A stretch of DNA of 64,000 nucleotides from a bacterium (GTDB lineage: Bacteria > Patescibacteriota > SICC01), in contig JAUYKS010000022.1 of the NCBI GenBank assembly GCA_030699935.1, forward strand, positions 18,970-82,969, in the 5' to 3' direction. Each line of letters begins with the position of its first letter. Within the stretch, counting starts at the first letter, position 1. A program made the translations under genes and the position numbers. Shown here piece by piece: positions 58,697 through 64,000 of this stretch. The notes under the pieces are model-generated. The model was not told the origin of the DNA, made no database searches, and was given only the letters and a program-made list of their open reading frames with translations.

Positions 58697-59779
58697 CTAG
58701 GACTTCTTGGATGGGGATGGGGATTGGGATGAGGATGGGGACGGCGTCTCGGTCACCGGCTCCTCCGGCAGCTCTGTGAACTGCTCCAGCTTCTCCGCGA
58801 CCTTCGCTTGCGTGCCGGTCAGGGCGCCCGCCTTCTCGATCTTCCCTTTCATGTGGTCGTAATCTTTCTCCACCGACGGCACCGTCTTCTGCGCGTTGCC
58901 GAGGTGCTTGAACAGCAGCTCCAAACTCCCTCCAAGCTTTCCGGAATCCTGCTGGATCGCGCGAAGCTCGTTGAGCACTTCTTTCGCCCGCACCTCGATC
59001 TGCTCTCCTTCGAAGCTCTTCAGGACCAGCTGAAGGAACAGGTAGAAGTTGTTCGGCGAGACCAGGATCACGTGCTTGTCCGCCGCGAAGTCGAACAGGT
59101 TGGTGTCGTTGTAAATCTCCTGGAAGACCGCCTCGCCCGGCACGTACATGAAGGCGTAGTCGACCGTGTCCTCGCCCGGCAGGATGTACTTCTTGGCGAT
59201 GTCGGTGACGTGCTTCTTCACCTGCTGATGGAAGTCGCGGAGCAGCGCGGTCCGCTCGGTTTCGCCCTTCACCTTCTGCGCCGCCAGCCACTTCTCCAGC
59301 GGGAACTTCGAATCGATCGGGATCATGCCGCTCGAGGTCAGCACGACCGCGTCCACCTTCTCACCGCTCTTGAACGTATGTTGCAGCTTGAACTTGGCCT
59401 TCGGCAGGCATTCGGAAAGGATGTCCTTCATCAGCGACTCACCGATGTTGCCGCGGAGCTTCGGTGAACGGAAGACCTCGCGCATCTCTTCGATCGATTG
59501 GCCCATCTTCTGGATCCGCCCGACTTCCTTGTTGAGCTCGGCGATCACCCCGGCCGCCTTGTCGAGGCGCTGCCCGATCTCCTTGCTGGTCTCCTGCGAG
59601 CTCCGGCTGGCATGACGTTGGTCTTCCTTGAAGTCCTTTAGCCACTGCATCAGGGCCGAGTCGTCGTCGCCGGCCTGCTCGGCCAGCTCCCGCGCCTTCC
59701 GCTGCTTGAGCAGCTCGTAGTAGACGGCGGCGATCATCACGATCAGCACGACGGCGGCGATTACCAAGATAGTAGTCAT
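58697..59779 (-). CDS. rmuC: DNA recombination protein RmuC
   Basis: TM + coiled coil, RGNIGE, IDSKFP, I.KKYI.P..T.D.A.MYVP.E. Confidence 0.92.
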   Translation of the reverse strand: MTTILVIAAVVLIVMIAAVYYELLKQRKARELAEQAGDDDSALMQWLKDFKEDQRHASRSSQETSKEIGQRLDKAAGVIAELNKEVGRIQKMGQSIEEMREVFRSPKLRGNIGESLMKDILSECLPKAKFKLQHTFKSGEKVDAVVLTSSGMIPIDSKFPLEKWLAAQKVKGETERTALLRDFHQQVKKHVTDIAKKYILPGEDTVDYAFMYVPGEAVFQEIYNDTNLFDFAADKHVILVSPNNFYLFLQLVLKSFEGEQIEVRAKEVLNELRAIQQDSGKLGGSLELLFKHLGNAQKTVPSVEKDYDHMKGKIEKAGALTGTQAKVAEKLEQFTELPEEPVTETPSPSSSQSPSPSKKS

Positions 59780-59788
59780 ATATCCACT

Positions 59789-60550
59789 CTACAGCACGTC
59801 GTCCGGCGAGCCGATGATCCGCGGTTCGGAGAGGTCGTACACGACGTCCTTACGCTCCAGCACCACCCGCCAGCCGGCCTCCTTTGCCTTGGTCAGCAGC
59901 CGCTGGTTCGGATTGAACGCGATCGGGTTCTCGATCATCTCAAGGAAACCGATATCGCCTTCCGTGTCGCCGATCCCGACGGACCCGTCCAACGTCACCT
60001 CGGCGTGCTCGGCCAGGAAATACTTCACGACTTTTTCCTTGCCGTCCATCGGATGCAACCCCGCCGGCTTGCCGGTGAACTTCCCGCCTTTGACCTCCTG
60101 TTCCCAGCCGAAGACGTAATCGAACTTCAGGAACCGGTTGTACTTCTTGAGCGCGCCTTGCAGCATGCCGGAGACCGCCATCAGGACGTAGCCTTTCTGC
60201 TGGAGCCGCTCCAATAGCTCGTGCGTGAACCGGTACTGCCGGTTCTTCAATTCGCCGATCACCGCTTCCGCGAAGTGGTTGAATTCCCGCTCGTTGATAC
60301 CGGTAAAGTGCCGTTCGATCACCCGGACTAATTGCTCGTTATATTCCTCGAAGCTCCCCTGACGGTCCTTCCACGCGTTCTTGGCGGCCACCAGGTCGGC
60401 GTAGGCGGATTCCGGAATCATCTTCACCGCGATCATCCGGTCGACGATCTCGATCATCACCGCGGAGCGGAACAGGGTGCCGTCGATGTCGAAGACGGCC
60501 AGCGGCTTGGTGTCGTGCGTGTGTTCCTTCACCGCCAAACCCTTGCGCAT
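59789..60550 (-). CDS. HAD-superfamily hydrolase (IB, SerB-like)
   Basis: FDIDGTL, VSG, K, GDTEGD, NPN. Confidence 0.9.
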   Translation of the reverse strand: MRKGLAVKEHTHDTKPLAVFDIDGTLFRSAVMIEIVDRMIAVKMIPESAYADLVAAKNAWKDRQGSFEEYNEQLVRVIERHFTGINEREFNHFAEAVIGELKNRQYRFTHELLERLQQKGYVLMAVSGMLQGALKKYNRFLKFDYVFGWEQEVKGGKFTGKPAGLHPMDGKEKVVKYFLAEHAEVTLDGSVGIGDTEGDIGFLEMIENPIAFNPNQRLLTKAKEAGWRVVLERKDVVYDLSEPRIIGSPDDVL

Positions 60551-60781
60551 CTACTTGCTGCGTAGCGTGTTAATCAGCCAGACAACCTCGACGACTATCG
60601 CTATGGCTCCAGCAATGAGGTAATTCACCGGAGTAAAGATCACGGATTCGCTTCCCCACGCCATCGCAACGTCTGTCGACCAAGCCAGTCCAAGCGATAA
60701 CGCAGCCGTCAAAGGCAATGCCAGCAAGATTAGAATTGCTTTGGTGGTCTTGCTAATGCCATTGGATGATTGCTGGGTCAC
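60551..60781 (-). CDS. Small two-TM membrane protein
   Basis: 76 aa, two hydrophobic segments, lower GC, TACACT 6 nt before GTG. Confidence 0.65.
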   Translation of the reverse strand: MTQQSSNGISKTTKAILILLALPLTAALSLGLAWSTDVAMAWGSESVIFTPVNYLIAGAIAIVVEVVWLINTLRSK

Positions 60782-60819
60782 GGCTCCAGTGTACCGCGAT
60801 GCGACGTACCAGGACCGAC

Positions 60820-63753
60820 CTACTGCGTACGATGTTTAGGCATATCGCCCGGGCAATCCGCGAACGGGCTGCACTGGTGCGGCGCGGGGTTCGGCGCGAA
60901 GTTGCCGGCCCGGATCGCTTCCGCCGTCTCGACGATCTTCTCGCGCATGTTCTTGAGTTGCCGGTCGGTCGGCGACGCGGCCGCGGACACCCCCGTCTCC
61001 ACGAAGTTAAGGACGATCCGCTCCGGCCGTTGTCCGGTCTCCTCTTCGTACGCCAGCGCGTAGATCTGGAGCTGTTTCGACTGGTCGCTCTCCTTGATCT
61101 TCTTCTCCGCCTGCGCCGCGGTGCCGACCGACTCGGTGGTCTTGTAATCGACGATGGTCGGCTTGCCGTGGTAGGTGTCGATCCGGTCGAGCCGCCCTAT
61201 CACCAGGCAGCCGTCCAGCGACATCTTGAACTGATGCTCGACCTTGGTCGGCGCCGGGCGCTTGGCCTCCTCGGCCAGGAACCGCTTGATCGTCGCCGGG
61301 CCGCGCTGGCGGGCGGCGGCGATCTGGCCGGCGCGTTCCTCGGGCAGCGTCCTGACTCCCCGTTCGAACCAGTCCAGCGCTTCCTTCAGCTTCGGTTCGC
61401 GGCCTTCCAGCTTGTCGCGGTTGATCCGTTCGATCACGCGGTGCATCAGGTTGCCGTATTCGGTGACGAACCGCCGCTCCTCCGGGAACCGGGCGACGTG
61501 CTTCCAGTAGTAGCGGAGCGGGCAGGTCCAGTAGTCGCTGAGTCGCGAGTACGACAATCGGATGATCTCGTCGGGCGGCCGGGCCGCGGCGGCGGCTTGC
61601 ATCGGCATCGACTGCTTGAGGATCCGCCAAGCGTCCTTGGCCGCGTTTTCGTCGACCGGCAGCGTGGTGGCGACGTCCGGCCCCAGCGCTTCCGCCACGA
61701 ACTGGCTCGGCCGCCAGATCTTCTTCGACTGGTAGTCGCTGGAGGCGGACAGGTAGCAGAACCGTTTGGCCCGGGTCAGCGCCACGTAACAGAGCCGCCG
61801 TTCCTCGCGGAGATGGGCGGCGGTGTCGGCCGGGTTCCCCACCACCGGATCGATCGAGAGCTGGTTGCCGCGGCGTGACTGCGGGAATTTGTTCTGGACC
61901 AGGCCGGCCACCGCGACCACGTCGAACTCTAGTCCCTTGGCACCGTGGGCGGTGAGGATCCGGACGGCGTCGTGCTCGGTGTCGAATTCCGCCGCCACCG
62001 GCTCGTCGGAGAGCGCCACGATATCGCGGTAATGCTTCGCCCAACCGCTGACGCTGGGGTCCTCGGCGGTGGCGGCGTATTGTCGGAGCCGCGCGAAGAG
62101 GCGGCCCAGGTTCTCGACGGGCTGCTCCTCGCCGGACTGCCGGAGCCGGTCGGCGTAGCCGGCTTCCGCCAGCCATTCGTAGAGCAGTTCGTCGACCGGT
62201 TTCTGCCGGGCACGTTTGGCATATTCGCGGATGTCGTCCTGAAGACGCTTGATGCGCTCGTCGCTGTCGGCGCGCTTTGTAATGCCGGGCAGTTCCTTCG
62301 ACGGATCCGACTTGCTCCAACTCAGCACTTCCCAGAGCGGCTTATGGTAGCGCTTCATCTTGCTGGCCGCGTCGAACAACGAATCCATCGGCACGGCGTA
62401 GTGTTCGCTGGCCGCCAAGTGCTTGAGCGATGGCGAATCGTGCGGATCGGCCACGGTCAGCAGGAAGCTCACGCAAAGCTTCACCTCGGGCTGATCGTAG
62501 AGCCGGCCGCTGCCTTCGGCCAGAAACGGAATGCCGGCGGCGGACAGCGCCCGGGTGAAGTGGTCCCCGAGCTTCCGCTGCCGGACCAAGATCGCCATGT
62601 CCTGCCACGGGATGCCGTGTTCCTTGTGATGGTGCTTGAGCTTTGCGGCGATGCCGTCGGCCTCATCTGAGACCGTCGCGAACGTCAGGAATTGCGGCGG
62701 CGATTCCTCCTTCACCACTTCCGCGACCAGACGCTTATCGAACTTGTCCTTGGCCTCCAGCCGGTCGGGGTTCTTCTCGATCAGCCGGTGCGCGGCGTCG
62801 AGGATCGGCTGCGAGCTGCGGTAGTTCTTGGTGAGCACGACTCGCGCCGGCTTCTGGTACGTCTCCTCGAACTTCTGGATGTTCTCGATCGACGCGCCTT
62901 GGAAGGCGTAGATGCTCTGGTCGTCGTCGCCGACCACGGTCAGGTTGCCGGACTTGCCGGCGGCCTCGCGGACCAGCGCCGCCTGGGCCGCGTTGGTGTC
63001 CTGGTATTCGTCGACCAGTACCCATTTGAAAGTCTTCCGGAGGCGGGCCGCGATGTCCGGCTTCTCGCGGAGCAGCCGCAGCGGCTTCTGGATCTGGTCG
63101 CCGTAATCTATGTAGTAGTGCTGGTCCTTGAGCCGCTCGTACGCCGCGTACGCGCCGGCGACTTCCTCGTGGCGCTTCAGCTGGCGCTGCGCCTCGGCCT
63201 TCTCGTCCGGGTCGGTCAGCGCCTTCACGCGCGCGGCCTCGGCCTTGGTCCACTTCTGATAATCCTCCGGCCGCAGGTCGAACGCCTTGGCTTTGTTGAT
63301 CGCGTCGCGGATCTCGGAGAGGAACCGGGCCGGCCGGCCCTTCGGCTTGAGCACGTCCAACGGCAACTCGTCGAGATGGTCCTCGAGGAAGATCACCTGC
63401 TCGGCGTCGGCCAGGAGTTGGTAGGTCGGCGGCAGCCCGACCTCGAACGAGTATTCGCGCAGCAGCTCGTCGCCGAACGCGTGGAAGGTCTGGATGTGTT
63501 CGGGCAGCGCCGAAAGCCCGAGTCCGATCAGCCGATCGAGCATCTCGCCGGCCGCCTTCTCGGTGAACGTGATCGCCAGGATCTCGGACGCCGGCACCTT
63601 TTGCTCCTCGATCAGGTGCGCGATCCGCCGCGTGATCACGCTGGTCTTGCCCGTCCCCGCCCCGGCGACGATCAGCAGCGGCCCGTCGCCGTGGGTCACG
63701 GCCGCGGTCTGCTCGCCGTTCAGGTCGGCGGTGAATTTCGACTTCGGAGCCAC
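60820..63753 (-). CDS. UvrD/PcrA-type SF1 helicase fused to a PD-(D/E)xK nuclease
   Basis: AGAGTGKT, DEYQD, GDDDQSIY, NYRS, KGLEF, EERRLCYVALTRA; C-terminal SYSRL...CP, GRLDRID, IVDYKT, QLQIY. Confidence 0.93.
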   Translation of the reverse strand: MAPKSKFTADLNGEQTAAVTHGDGPLLIVAGAGTGKTSVITRRIAHLIEEQKVPASEILAITFTEKAAGEMLDRLIGLGLSALPEHIQTFHAFGDELLREYSFEVGLPPTYQLLADAEQVIFLEDHLDELPLDVLKPKGRPARFLSEIRDAINKAKAFDLRPEDYQKWTKAEAARVKALTDPDEKAEAQRQLKRHEEVAGAYAAYERLKDQHYYIDYGDQIQKPLRLLREKPDIAARLRKTFKWVLVDEYQDTNAAQAALVREAAGKSGNLTVVGDDDQSIYAFQGASIENIQKFEETYQKPARVVLTKNYRSSQPILDAAHRLIEKNPDRLEAKDKFDKRLVAEVVKEESPPQFLTFATVSDEADGIAAKLKHHHKEHGIPWQDMAILVRQRKLGDHFTRALSAAGIPFLAEGSGRLYDQPEVKLCVSFLLTVADPHDSPSLKHLAASEHYAVPMDSLFDAASKMKRYHKPLWEVLSWSKSDPSKELPGITKRADSDERIKRLQDDIREYAKRARQKPVDELLYEWLAEAGYADRLRQSGEEQPVENLGRLFARLRQYAATAEDPSVSGWAKHYRDIVALSDEPVAAEFDTEHDAVRILTAHGAKGLEFDVVAVAGLVQNKFPQSRRGNQLSIDPVVGNPADTAAHLREERRLCYVALTRAKRFCYLSASSDYQSKKIWRPSQFVAEALGPDVATTLPVDENAAKDAWRILKQSMPMQAAAAARPPDEIIRLSYSRLSDYWTCPLRYYWKHVARFPEERRFVTEYGNLMHRVIERINRDKLEGREPKLKEALDWFERGVRTLPEERAGQIAAARQRGPATIKRFLAEEAKRPAPTKVEHQFKMSLDGCLVIGRLDRIDTYHGKPTIVDYKTTESVGTAAQAEKKIKESDQSKQLQIYALAYEEETGQRPERIVLNFVETGVSAAASPTDRQLKNMREKIVETAEAIRAGNFAPNPAPHQCSPFADCPGDMPKHRTQ

Positions 63754-63813
63754 GGATCCATTGTACCGTGCTGCAGTAGGTTGAACCCCTGTGGGCTTAT
63801 GCTCTATTCATTT

Positions 63814-64000
63814 TCAGCGCGATGGCTTTTTTTGATTAAGAGGCAACCCAGCTTCGGTCAGTGCGTTATTATATGTACCGAAAAGTTTTTGCAGCGCGGT
63901 TACCGGAGGACCTTCTCCTCTGCGATACGCTGCTGTTACTTCCTCAATGGTAGGTGTTTTGCCGATGACGCCCCGGAACCTACGAAGATACTCTAGAACT
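63814..64000 (-). CDS. C-terminal end of a protein with a homing-endonuclease-associated repeat (partial)
   Basis: Manual translation VLEYLRRFRGVIGKTPTIEE...GPPVTALQKLFGTYNNALTEAGL...*. Confidence 0.65.
   Translation of the reverse strand, partial: VLEYLRRFRGVIGKTPTIEEVTAAYRRGEGPPVTALQKLFGTYNNALTEAGLPLNQKKPSR

Overview
This is a high-GC bacterial chromosome segment, mostly minus-strand housekeeping genes. The gene set looks like Patescibacteria/CPR (inference): short archaeal-type AspRS and cytidylate kinase, PEGA-domain protein, LAGLIDADG-like ORF beside tRNAs, and many single low-GC ORFans dropped into conserved operons. Core content: PBP1A, topA, lexA, dprA, mfd, pth, der, scpAB, aspS, gltX, mreB, murA/murB, atpDC, sortase plus an LPXTG substrate, a two-component cluster, frameshifted prfB, the rpmG-trnW-secE-nusG-rplKAJL region (heavily interrupted), dcd/thyA/folA, five tRNAs, holB, cmk, a RluA/RluD-family synthase, lspA/lgt, rmuC and a UvrD-nuclease fusion. 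The strongest unexplained signal is an approximately 615-nt non-coding stretch (57120-57740). It has its own promoter and terminator and folds by eye into a closed three-arm RNA with repeated A/C-rich loops, matching no RNA family I recognise, and it lies just downstream of a small HNH-like ORF with an unusual structured mRNA. Other notable signals are a serial gene-cassette array with a 19-bp duplication of the nusG 3' end, an ORF enclosed by long-range 5'/3' UTR pairings, pervasive leaderless genes, a His-to-Phe pseudokinase and an amber-interrupted GGDEF gene. All structures were read by eye; nothing was computed or searched.
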